Assembly (NCBI GenBank): GCA_964408215.1
Contig: CAYOYQ010000001.1
Coordinates: 4,059-68,058, forward strand
From: an uncultured Eubacteriales bacterium
GTDB lineage: Bacteria > Acidobacteriota > Aminicenantia > Aminicenantales > Saccharicenantaceae
Length of the DNA stretch: 64,000 nt
Reading direction: 5' to 3'
The position numbers were made by a program, and so were the translations under genes. The notes below the pieces were generated by a model. The model worked only from the letters and a program-made list of their open reading frames with translations, had not been told where the DNA came from and made no database searches. Each line of letters starts with the position of its first letter. The first letter of the stretch is position 1. This document shows positions 34,082 through 43,076 of the stretch, piece after piece.

Positions 34082-34840
34082 GTGTCCAGAAAGCAATGGC
34101 CGTTCATTCTTGCCGGGAGCGTCGGATCCTTGTTGGTCCTCTGGGTGGGTCTGGCCACTTTCGGATTTCCGGGTGATGACATGCTCGGAGCGGCCGGCCG
34201 ACCCGGCGGGGCTTCATGGAGATTCCACCTCGTCGTCGAGAGTGAAGGCACGATCGCCGGACAGGGCGACTGGCAAACGCAGCAGCTCCAGCCTTACCTC
34301 ATCCAGATCCGCCGTGCCGCCTGGACGGGGTTTTTCTGGCAAGTGAACACGTCCCGCAAGATCGTGGAAAAGGCGACCAACACGACGTTCGGGTCATTGC
34401 CCGTCAACCGCAAGACGCTGAATCCGGTCGTCAACGTCACCCCGCCGCCCGATGCGCCGGTGAGCTTCAACCTTCAATTCTCCAACGCCTATCTCGCTTA
34501 CTACACGTCCCAGGCCAAGGTCGCCGTCTACGCGCAGGTCGATTACGGGGAGAATCCCACCCAGATTTCGGATGGCCGCGATCTCGAGGTCAAAGAAGTG
34601 CGGTCCTACCTCTACCATATCCGGATCAAGGCCGGCCTCCCCGGGAACCCTCCCAGCAACTCGTTCTGGCAAGTGAACACGTCGCGTAAAGAAGTTGTGC
34701 GGGTCAAGAACGGGACCTTCGGCCAGATCGGCGGGACCCACGAGCCGACGGCGATGACCGTCACGGTCACCGGAAATCCGGAGGATCCCGCGAGCTTCGG
34801 CCTGAAATTCCCCAGGACCTATCTCTGGTGCGAGAAATGA
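34082..34840 (+). CDS. Hypothetical membrane-anchored protein with an internal repeat
   Basis: GTG start 6 nt after GAAGGAGG. 252 aa. Repeat FWQVNTSRK(I/E)V...N(T/G)TFG...V(N/T)VT...P(V/A)SF(N/G)L(Q/K)F occurs twice. Confidence 0.6.
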   Translation: MSRKQWPFILAGSVGSLLVLWVGLATFGFPGDDMLGAAGRPGGASWRFHLVVESEGTIAGQGDWQTQQLQPYLIQIRRAAWTGFFWQVNTSRKIVEKATNTTFGSLPVNRKTLNPVVNVTPPPDAPVSFNLQFSNAYLAYYTSQAKVAVYAQVDYGENPTQISDGRDLEVKEVRSYLYHIRIKAGLPGNPPSNSFWQVNTSRKEVVRVKNGTFGQIGGTHEPTAMTVTVTGNPEDPASFGLKFPRTYLWCEK

Positions 34841-37410
34841 GCCGGCCCCGGAGGATCTCCTCGCGAACGACGTCCTCCTTTGCGAGGCGCGCCGGGACCG
34901 TCGGCCTGTTCTTGGGGCTCGCCTGGGCCTTGACCGCCGGGGTCGTGCCTTGCGCCGGACAGCTCGTTTCGGTCACCATCGTGCCTTTTCACGACGAGAG
35001 CGACGCCGCCGCGCCGGGCGACCTGCTCGACAGGATCGGCCGAGACTTCAGACAGAAGTTGACGCTCTCCTATAAAGACCTGTTGCCCAGGTTCGTCGGC
35101 GCGGACGTTGTGCCGAACCCTGCCGCCGCGAGCCTCGGCGATCTCGCGGCGATCGGCAAGCAGCAGGGAGCCAAGTTCTTGGTGCGGGGCGGGATCCTGG
35201 CCATCACGTCGGAGAAGACAGGTTCGGACCTGAGCTGCAGTCTCCAACTCTTCGCCGATCTCGTCGACACCGAAACCCTGGGTGTCACGAGCTTGCGCAC
35301 CGACGGGGCGGGGATCGAAATCAATTCGGCCTTGGAGGACGCGCGGCGCTGGAACGCTTACACCTGGACGGGCCCCGAGTTCGCCCGGACCGCGCTCGGC
35401 CAAGCTATCGACGCGGCCCTGACGAGCCTGGCCGACCAGGTCCACGCCGCCATGTTCTCGCCCCCCGGCCAGGGGGCCGGCGGCCAGACGCCGGGCACAG
35501 CCGCGGGAGGGATCGATCCCTATCAGTCGGACCAAGAGATGCAGCAGCTCATGGCCCAAGCGGAGTCCCTGATCTCGAGCGCCTACGCGGCCAATCTCGA
35601 CGTCACTCCCCTGCAGCAATCGCTTGACGGGGTCCGGAGCGCCTTGGACAACAAGCTCCAGCTTCTCCAACAGGGCCTGGACGCGGCGGCCGCCGACCAG
35701 GACATCGCCGCGCGACGCTCGGAGCTCGAAAATCAGGTCAACAACTACAGCCAGCAGATCGCGGCCAACCCGCCGCCGGACATCGCCCCATCGTTCACCG
35801 GAGGAAAGGCCGACGGGATCACCCGGATCAACGGCCTCATCGAGAACGCGTTGGGCCTTCTTCAGAAGATCCAGGAGATCCGCCTGGCTTTTGGCAGTTC
35901 CGGCCAGGACCAAGGGAATTATCCGACGGAGGGACAATACGCCGGGGGCGATGAATTCTATCCCCCGACGGAGGAAGAGACGGGAGCCGCGAGCGGCGTC
36001 GTGACCGAGAACGGCGCTCCTGTCGAGGGCGCGACGGTCACCGACCCGGAGACCGGGCTGAGCGCGACCACGGACGAGAACGGCTCATTCACGTTGGGCG
36101 GCCTGCCGGGCGGACGCATCACGAACCTCCAGGTCATCCGGGGCGGGAAGCTCGTCGGCGTGACCCGGATCGCCCTCAGGCCCGGGCAAACGAGCATCTC
36201 GGACCTGACGCTGCGGTCGGGGTCCGGCGGTCTTCGGGCGATGGCCTGCCCAGTTGTGCCGTCGAGCCTGATCCTCTCGACCAAGCCCGGTCAGCCCGGT
36301 ACGGGACGCATCGTCGGAATCGTGCGTGACGGGCAGGGTCGGCCGGTTCCCCGGGCCCTGGTCTCGGTCAAAGGTGTCGGTGCGGTCCGCACGGATTCCC
36401 AGGGCCGATACATGTTCGCCAACGTCCCCGTTGGCGGCTATCAGCTCGCGGTGCAGCAGCCGGGCGGATCGCCCCAGCTCCAACAGGTCAGGGTCGGCGG
36501 ACGGCAGACGGCCTCAGCGCCGATCGTCTATCGGTCCAAAACCCCGCCCGCCGCGAAGACCGCCGTCGCGTCGGCGCTGGCGCCCGGCGAGAACACCCTA
36601 CTCAAGGGCCGGGTGACGGAAGGGAAGAACAAGGCGATCGGGGGGGCCAAGGTGACCGTGGTCTATCCCGGCGGGGCCCTCCGCGTCTACTCGAACAACG
36701 GCGGCGTTTATCAGGTCCGCAACCTCAAGCCCGGCAGCTACAAGATTCTCGCGGCCAAGCCGGGCTATGAGGGCGCATCCGGGACGGCCGCGCTTCAGAA
36801 GGGCAAGCCCTCGACCCTCGACCTCAAGCTGGCCCGGTCTTCGTCAGAGGCTGTTCAACAGGCCCTCGCCAGCCGGCAACAGAAGCAAGCGCCGCCGCCT
36901 TCGACCCCTCCCGGCCATCCTCCGGCCTTGACCAAGAAGATCGCGCCTCGCTCTCAGACCGAGAGCGTAACCAAGACGGGCAAGACGGAAAAAGGACAGG
37001 TTTCCCAAACGCCTGCCAAAACAGGGGACAAAACGAAGGGGGTATTGACGACGAAGCAAGCCAAGCTGGCGACCGGACCGAGCCGGGCTGTCGCGGCCGC
37101 GACGAGCGGAAGCGTGCAGGGAACGGTCACCGACGGGAAGACCAGAGGTCCCGTCGCGGGGGCCACGGTGTCGCTCAAGGGCAAGCCGAGCGTCCAAACG
37201 GACAGCTCGGGCCGGTACGGCTTCCGGGACGTCGCGCCCGGCTCTTATTCGATCAGCGTCAGGAAGACAGGCTACAAGAGCGGCGGCGGCGCCGTGACCG
37301 TCAAGTCCGGGCAGACGGCCACGGCCAACGTCACCTTGACGAAGGAGGAGGTTGCGAAGAAGATCGCGCCGATCAAGGCGCCGATCAAGAAGCATAACTT
37401 CGCGCCTTGA
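34837..37410 (+). CDS. Large exported protein: CsgG/TolB-N-like head, coiled-coil region, four carboxypeptidase-regulatory-like (CarboxypepD_reg) domains
   Basis: The ATG at 34837 overlaps the upstream TGA (ATGA). The head reads VSVTIVPFHDES...GAKFLVRGGIL. Four beta-sandwich units follow, of type G.V....G.PV.GA.V........T...G.Y.F..(L/V)..G.Y. Confidence 0.7.
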   Translation: MSRPRRISSRTTSSFARRAGTVGLFLGLAWALTAGVVPCAGQLVSVTIVPFHDESDAAAPGDLLDRIGRDFRQKLTLSYKDLLPRFVGADVVPNPAAASLGDLAAIGKQQGAKFLVRGGILAITSEKTGSDLSCSLQLFADLVDTETLGVTSLRTDGAGIEINSALEDARRWNAYTWTGPEFARTALGQAIDAALTSLADQVHAAMFSPPGQGAGGQTPGTAAGGIDPYQSDQEMQQLMAQAESLISSAYAANLDVTPLQQSLDGVRSALDNKLQLLQQGLDAAAADQDIAARRSELENQVNNYSQQIAANPPPDIAPSFTGGKADGITRINGLIENALGLLQKIQEIRLAFGSSGQDQGNYPTEGQYAGGDEFYPPTEEETGAASGVVTENGAPVEGATVTDPETGLSATTDENGSFTLGGLPGGRITNLQVIRGGKLVGVTRIALRPGQTSISDLTLRSGSGGLRAMACPVVPSSLILSTKPGQPGTGRIVGIVRDGQGRPVPRALVSVKGVGAVRTDSQGRYMFANVPVGGYQLAVQQPGGSPQLQQVRVGGRQTASAPIVYRSKTPPAAKTAVASALAPGENTLLKGRVTEGKNKAIGGAKVTVVYPGGALRVYSNNGGVYQVRNLKPGSYKILAAKPGYEGASGTAALQKGKPSTLDLKLARSSSEAVQQALASRQQKQAPPPSTPPGHPPALTKKIAPRSQTESVTKTGKTEKGQVSQTPAKTGDKTKGVLTTKQAKLATGPSRAVAAATSGSVQGTVTDGKTRGPVAGATVSLKGKPSVQTDSSGRYGFRDVAPGSYSISVRKTGYKSGGGAVTVKSGQTATANVTLTKEEVAKKIAPIKAPIKKHNFAP

Positions 37411-37426
37411 ACGATCCCGATCCCGC

Positions 37427-39379
37427 TTAATGGCCCTCGGCCTGGCCGGCGATGAGCTCGGCGGCCTTCTTTTGGACGTCGGGCGAACGGTCCGCTTTGG
37501 CGGCCTCCCGGATGAGGGTGAGGATCTCCGGAACGTTGCGTCCCGTTTCCCAGAGGTTCCGGAGGACCGCCAACCTAACGACCACCGATGCATCTTCTTT
37601 AAAGGACCTGATCTGGGCCTTCATCGTGACCGGCGTCGGCTCCCTGAAGCTGAGCCCGAAAGCCGCCTCCGTCCTGACCGACGAATCCGTATCGCTTACC
37701 AGCGCCTCGGCCAGAAGCTCGTCGGCACCCGGCGCCTGGACCCAACGCAAGCCCGAGGCGGCCACGGACCGGAGCGCCGTGGCGTCGCCCTTCAAGTATT
37801 GACGGAAAACGGGCAGGGCCAGGTCCGAACCCGAATTCCCCAGGGCCAGCAAGAGCAGCCTCGTCTTTTTCTTGGAGTCTGACCGCCCTACATCCGCAAT
37901 GATCTTTTGGACGAGGTCGGCCGCCCGGCCCGGCTCCGACGCCGCGAGGCCGTTGGCGATCATGCCGAGGGCGAGAGTCGCCACCGAAGCCACCTCCGGG
38001 TCCGACGCCTTCGCGGCCAGCTCGGCGACAGCGGCCTGAGTGGCGGGCGTCGCCGGCCGGCCGGAAAGCCCCAGGGACTGGATGATGAGCATGGTCGTTT
38101 TCGGAGGGACGGCCCCGTCCTCGAGGAGACCGACCAGGGCGGCTTGGGCCGGCCCGGTCCCCGCTGACGATAACGCCCCGATGAGGATCTGCTGCGCGGC
38201 GCTGTCGAGCCCTGCGGACGCGGCCCGCGCCGCCAGGGATCCGCAGCTATCCGGATGAAGGTAGACGAGAGCCTTGAACTTGAGATAAAGAGGGGTCGCT
38301 TCGGGCGCTTGGTCCGATCCGATCCGGTCCAGGGCCGCGAGCAGCGTCTCCAGCTTATCCTCTCCGAGGACGGTCCGCTCGATCGCCGCTTCCTGCTCCA
38401 TCTCCGGCAGGCCGAAGGAAAGCGTCTCGGCCGGGGCCCTGGCCAGTCTTTCCGCGCGGATCTGCCGCATCGCCGCGATGATCTCCGGCAGCACGGCCTC
38501 TTCGGAGCTGAGCCGCATGTCGATACCGGCGATGACCCTCCCGATCTCCGTTCCCGAGACGCTGATCGTCTGTGTCTCCTCGCCGACCGTTGAGAGGAGC
38601 CGCCCCCGCTTCACATCGAAGACGGCCTCCAGGCTTCCCTCAGGCTTACGCGTCTGGATCTGTTTCGGTCCGCCCGGGCCGGACGAGGCCGGCTGACTGC
38701 GGTAGCGGACCTTGGCCTTGCGGAAGACCTCGGCCCCGGTCTTCAGCTGTTTGGATAGCTCCCCGCCCCGGCCGGGCAGGACCTCGTAGCGCGCGATATA
38801 AGCGCCTCCCGGGTCGTCCTCGTCGGCTTCCCATCGGGTCATGTGCGGCCCGGACGTTCCAGGCAGAACGACCTGGGCCATCCCGAGCACGGCCCGGGCG
38901 TAGTTGCGGCAGACGCTTTCGACGTCGGGGTCGAACGAGACGGACGTCAGACGGCCCTGGGCTGACATCTCGGCGTAGATATCGAGACGGAGCGCCGCCC
39001 CGATGATCTCGGCTTGGGCGGCCTCCGGACGCCCGTTGACCGTCAGCTCCACGACGGGCTGCCGGAATCCGAAGGAGACGCGGAAGCCGTCGCCGGACCT
39101 TTCGATCACGGTCATGACCAGGTCGCCGGAGATCCGTGTATCGAAGGACTGGGTGACCCCCGCGGCCGACACCGAGCCGGCTTCGCCGGACCTCAGGCTC
39201 TCCAGGAGCTTACGGATATCGGTGGCGGAGCGGCTGGAGTAGTCGAGGCGATAAACGAGCGCCGTGCCTTCCTTGAGGTCATAGACGGGTCCCGCCGAGC
39301 GAGTGGGCCCGCAGGACGAGAGCCAAAGCGCGATCCCGATGACGGCGACGGCGCTGCCGTCGATCTTCCGCCGACGCAT
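37427..39379 (-). CDS. Lipoprotein with strand-rich N-half and HEAT/PBS-type repeats
   Basis: Start MRRRKIDGSAVAVIGIALWLSSC (lipobox) at 39379, 14 nt after the upstream stop. C-terminal repeats: DPEVASVATLALG, DATALRSVAASGL, DSSVRTEAAFGL, DASVVVRLAVLRNL, SPDVQKKAAELI. Confidence 0.65.
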   Translation of the reverse strand: MRRRKIDGSAVAVIGIALWLSSCGPTRSAGPVYDLKEGTALVYRLDYSSRSATDIRKLLESLRSGEAGSVSAAGVTQSFDTRISGDLVMTVIERSGDGFRVSFGFRQPVVELTVNGRPEAAQAEIIGAALRLDIYAEMSAQGRLTSVSFDPDVESVCRNYARAVLGMAQVVLPGTSGPHMTRWEADEDDPGGAYIARYEVLPGRGGELSKQLKTGAEVFRKAKVRYRSQPASSGPGGPKQIQTRKPEGSLEAVFDVKRGRLLSTVGEETQTISVSGTEIGRVIAGIDMRLSSEEAVLPEIIAAMRQIRAERLARAPAETLSFGLPEMEQEAAIERTVLGEDKLETLLAALDRIGSDQAPEATPLYLKFKALVYLHPDSCGSLAARAASAGLDSAAQQILIGALSSAGTGPAQAALVGLLEDGAVPPKTTMLIIQSLGLSGRPATPATQAAVAELAAKASDPEVASVATLALGMIANGLAASEPGRAADLVQKIIADVGRSDSKKKTRLLLLALGNSGSDLALPVFRQYLKGDATALRSVAASGLRWVQAPGADELLAEALVSDTDSSVRTEAAFGLSFREPTPVTMKAQIRSFKEDASVVVRLAVLRNLWETGRNVPEILTLIREAAKADRSPDVQKKAAELIAGQAEGH

Positions 39380-39393
39380 CCCGCTCAGCCCGA

Positions 39394-42300
39394 TCAATAG
39401 CCCGAGAACCACTTGTAAAGGAGCTTGTAATCGTCCTTGCCCAAGTGGAACAAGAAGAACTTGCGCGTGGTGGGGCAAACGGTGGGACCCCTGTCCGATT
39501 TCGTATTGCCCTTGATCTCTTGTTCGTCCAACCAGACGATATCGACGCTGCTGAGGCGCTGCTTCTTCTGCCCGTACTGGCCGGAGCCGCCTCCTCCGCC
39601 TCCTCCCGAAGTCGAAGCAACGCTGCCCATCTCGCCGAACCGATAATGGATGCTGGAGTTCGAGCGCCGGTAGACGATGATGATCTGCTCGCCGGCGACG
39701 CCGACGGCCGGGCCGTCGGTCGACGAGGAGCCATCGACCTTGGTCTCCTCGGTCTCCTCAGGCCCCCATTTCCCCGAGGGGTCGAGGTAGCGGTAATAGA
39801 TGTCGCTGTTGCCGGATCCGCGATGGAAGACGTAGAGGCGGTCGCCGAACGCGCACGCCGCCGGGCTCGCCAGAGCCTTGACGTTCCCCGGGATGAGCTT
39901 CGTTTCCGTGAGGACGATGTCGGTCGTCTTGTCGACGCTCAGGATACCCGGCCTGAACCTCAAATAATTAATGCCCTTGCCCCCGGATTGGACGAAAAAG
40001 AGATATAGCTCACCTTTATAGACGGCGGCGGCAGGGCGGTAGTAGGAGGCTCCCGGGAGCTGCTGGCCGATGGGGTTTTCCGGCCACCATTTCCCGGAGG
40101 AGTCCATGTAGTGATAGTAGATGGCCCAGTCCGGCTGCTTGCGGTTCCCCATCCCGGCCGGCCAGCCGGCGTGAAAGAGATAGATCCGATCCCGGAAGAC
40201 GACGGCCACGGGCGCGCTGCAGGTCACGATGGGGTACGGCTTGAGAGTCGTATCGACGTTCCCGCCGAGCCTCTGCTTGATAGTCCCGTATTGGCTGCGG
40301 CCGCCTCCGCCGGGCTGGGCCGCGGCCCCGGTCGTCCCGGGCTCCTCCGTCTCGACGCTGGTCAGCACGGCCGGATCGAGACTCGCATATTGGATCGTCC
40401 ACCCGTCCAGCCAGAAAGCGTGGAGCTGGCCGTTGAACTCGGCGACCGACGGCGCGAAGACGCCTTTAGACGTATCGTTCAGCGGGAGAAGACAACTCGT
40501 CCCGTAGGGGTCCCAGGTCACGCCGCCGGAGCCCGAGGGCTTGAAGGTCCCGCCCGAGGGGCCGCCGAGCGCTCCGCCAGTGAAGATGTCCCAACTGCCG
40601 GTGACGGGGTCGAACAGGTCGCCCGTGGCCTTCCACCCCTCCCAGCTGATAATGTCCCAGTCCCAGCATTTCTTGTGCCACGGCGGGATATCGAAGGCCG
40701 GGACATAGACGCAGACATAGACACCCAAGCTGCCGCTAAGGGCCTGGAATTCATCGTAGAGGCGCAGGCTATAGGCGATCTTCAGGGAGCTCTCGCCGGC
40801 CTCGAGCTCGCCGATCAAACCCACGCTCCCTTCGAGCACGAGCGAGTTGTTGATCAGGGTCAAGGTGACCTTGACCCCGGCCTCCACGATCAGAAGGCTG
40901 ATGCCGGCGCTGGCGTAGACGTCCGCCCGGACGTAGGGGCCGAACCTGGCGCTGGCGCCGAGAGGGCTGAGATAGATCCCGCCTTCGATCCCGGCCGCGG
41001 CGCGGACGCCGGCCCTTAGGGTGATGACGAACGGACCGATGGGGATCGGCGTCGTATAGGACAGATCGAGGGACTTCTCCCACCGTTCCGTGGCCTCCCA
41101 GTGAGGCAGATCGACGAGCTTCGTCGTGCTCGAATAGGTTTTAGTGGGACAGTTGATGAGATCCCGGGTGGCCATACCGGCGATGTAGAGCGTGACCTTG
41201 GCGCCCATCTCTCCGCCCGGCGAGGGCGCCGTGGCGTTGCCGTCGACCCGGATGAGGGCGAACTTGTTGTCGAAAACATAGCCGCCGGCCTCGGCGTGCG
41301 CTTTGAGCTGGATGTTCCCTCCGGCCTGCACGGCATTGGTGCCCGGAATGGCATAAACGCCGGGCTTCTTGCCCGAGAGCTCGGCGGACCCCTCGAGATA
41401 GATGGCGAAGAGGTCCCTATCGCCGAGGGTCGGCAGGTCCGTTGAATATTCGTATTTGAAGTCGTTCCCCGTTTGGTCCGGCGCTGGCGGAGGAGGAACA
41501 TAGCCGCTCGGTGAAAGAGGGGGCGGCTCCTCGGACCTGTCCTTGATCAGCCGCTGCAGCCGGGCCCGGTCCGCGCTCTGCTGCTTCAGGTATTGCTGCT
41601 GAAATTCGGCGGCTCCCAAGGGCTTGGCGATGGACAAGCGGCGGTGGCGGCCGATGAAATCCTGGCCGGCCTTGCGGACCTGGGCGGCTTGGGCGGCGGA
41701 GAACCGGGTCTCCTGGAGCTTGGCCCCGGGGCTCGGGTCCCGGCGGACGTCGAGGGTGTAGCCGAGGGCGTTGAACTGGCTCTCAAGGATATTGAGGTCG
41801 TTGTAGTAGTCGGCAGCCCGCATGGTCTTCCCGTTCGGAAAAGGAGGCAGCACCGCGTCGGGAGCGATGGCGTTTCCGTTCCGGGGGTCCACGACCGCGA
41901 ACGGCTGATAGGCCAAGGGCTGTCTTCGGTTGACCAGGATCCGGGCCGTCTTGAATTGGGCGTTCCTGACGGGCAGGAGGCTGTCCACCGGCTCCCCGAC
42001 ATAGGGGAGGTGGCCTTTTTCCGCCGCCGAACGCTGGAGCTGTGACTGGAGGCTCCAAACGACCGGTCCGGTGTGCAATTGACCGACCGCTTGCGCTTGG
42101 GCTTCGCCCGCGACAGGCGGAGGGGCGGATGCCTTCGAGGGTTGAGCCTTGGTCGTCGCCGTCCTGGCTGCGGTCGCGGTGGCCTGCCGGGCCTGTGGAG
42201 TGCCCGCCGCCACATCGGACGGCGCGGGAAGCCGGATCGTCACCTGGACCTGGGCTGAGCCGGTCCCGAAATTGACGACGCTGAGCCGCCAGGCGCTCCC

Positions 42301-42690
42301 TTTCGCGAGAAGGGCCGCATTGATGTCAAAGGCCAGGACGAGCGGGCTTGTCCCGTCCCGGCGGGCGTAGGCCTGGGCTTGACCGGGACCATTGAGGATC
42401 AGGGCCAGCTTCGGAGCCGAGCCGGTCCATTCGGCTCGGGCCTCCAACTTGCCGGCCGCCGGAACCTGGACGTCGATGTCCGTGCGCCCGTTGGCCTGGA
42501 GCGCGAACGAACGGGAGGCCGTGCCGGCCGGCGGCGGCGCTGCGGACTGGGCTTTCTTGGCGCTGACTTGGCCACCGGCGGCGCCGGGCCCGTAGGCCCC
42601 CGAGATGGCGAGGGCGATGCCGAGGGCCAACAAGGCCAGGTAGCGCCCCAAGGACTTGGCCATGGATTCCCGCTCCGTTTTGGTTTCCAT
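39394..42690 (-). CDS. Giant secreted hypothetical protein: beta-sandwich head, strand-rich core, six-repeat propeller-like tail
   Basis: About 1098 aa from METKTERES (AAGGAGA RBS); ATG at 42705 or 42663 are alternatives. Signal peptide LALLALGIALAISGAYG. Domain details are in the findings. Confidence 0.7.
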   Translation of the reverse strand: METKTERESMAKSLGRYLALLALGIALAISGAYGPGAAGGQVSAKKAQSAAPPPAGTASRSFALQANGRTDIDVQVPAAGKLEARAEWTGSAPKLALILNGPGQAQAYARRDGTSPLVLAFDINAALLAKGSAWRLSVVNFGTGSAQVQVTIRLPAPSDVAAGTPQARQATATAARTATTKAQPSKASAPPPVAGEAQAQAVGQLHTGPVVWSLQSQLQRSAAEKGHLPYVGEPVDSLLPVRNAQFKTARILVNRRQPLAYQPFAVVDPRNGNAIAPDAVLPPFPNGKTMRAADYYNDLNILESQFNALGYTLDVRRDPSPGAKLQETRFSAAQAAQVRKAGQDFIGRHRRLSIAKPLGAAEFQQQYLKQQSADRARLQRLIKDRSEEPPPLSPSGYVPPPPAPDQTGNDFKYEYSTDLPTLGDRDLFAIYLEGSAELSGKKPGVYAIPGTNAVQAGGNIQLKAHAEAGGYVFDNKFALIRVDGNATAPSPGGEMGAKVTLYIAGMATRDLINCPTKTYSSTTKLVDLPHWEATERWEKSLDLSYTTPIPIGPFVITLRAGVRAAAGIEGGIYLSPLGASARFGPYVRADVYASAGISLLIVEAGVKVTLTLINNSLVLEGSVGLIGELEAGESSLKIAYSLRLYDEFQALSGSLGVYVCVYVPAFDIPPWHKKCWDWDIISWEGWKATGDLFDPVTGSWDIFTGGALGGPSGGTFKPSGSGGVTWDPYGTSCLLPLNDTSKGVFAPSVAEFNGQLHAFWLDGWTIQYASLDPAVLTSVETEEPGTTGAAAQPGGGGRSQYGTIKQRLGGNVDTTLKPYPIVTCSAPVAVVFRDRIYLFHAGWPAGMGNRKQPDWAIYYHYMDSSGKWWPENPIGQQLPGASYYRPAAAVYKGELYLFFVQSGGKGINYLRFRPGILSVDKTTDIVLTETKLIPGNVKALASPAACAFGDRLYVFHRGSGNSDIYYRYLDPSGKWGPEETEETKVDGSSSTDGPAVGVAGEQIIIVYRRSNSSIHYRFGEMGSVASTSGGGGGGGSGQYGQKKQRLSSVDIVWLDEQEIKGNTKSDRGPTVCPTTRKFFLFHLGKDDYKLLYKWFSGY

Positions 42691-42988
42691 CGTTTCTCCT
42701 TTCATGCTCCCATTGAGGGGCTGACAGGATCACGACGACAGATCGATGAGGGATCTTGCAGTTCCGACTCCCCTGGCTGATAGGATTGTTATATATTGGG
42801 CGAGGCGATGTCAAGAGACATCGAACGGGCGGCCTGGAATGTTGAGAACTCCCGTCCCGCTGAGCGCGGCGGTCTCCTGACGAAAACGGCCAACGGCCCT
42901 TTCCCCGGGGTTTACGGAAGCGTCAATGACTCGAACGGCGACGAGACGCGCTCATGAGGAGGCCGCGTCCGGGCCTGTCCGGCCCGGC

Positions 42989-43017
42989 TTGACATCGGAC
43001 GGACGGGGGGCTATAAG
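42989..43017 (+). promoter_or_regulatory. Candidate promoter for the 43077 gene
   Basis: TTGACA (42989-42994), 17-nt spacer, TATAAG (43012-43017). AAGGAGGA at 43065-43072 and ATG at 43077. Confidence 0.55.
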
Positions 43018-43076
43018 GGTCGCAAGGGTTGTAGGAATTCACCGGTCTTTGAACAAGGAGGACCTCATGAAAAGCA

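Noticed and set aside
33763-34251. 162-aa minus-strand ORF spanning the low-GC spacer
   Set aside because: It overlaps the 3' end of the 32413-33897 gene and the 5' end of the 34082 gene, has no RBS and no recognisable motif. The spacer is better explained as intergenic or promoter DNA.
39541-39620. GGN/GGA-rich nucleotide runs (also 47281-47340) as a possible CRISPR or tandem-repeat array
   Set aside because: These are short in-frame Gly-codon runs inside coding sequence. There is no repeat-spacer periodicity and there are no cas genes.
42926-43076. Longer version of the 43077 gene starting at 42926
   Set aside because: A near-consensus promoter (42989-43017) and an AAGGAGGA RBS lie inside the extension. 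The signal peptide begins at the ATG at 43077.
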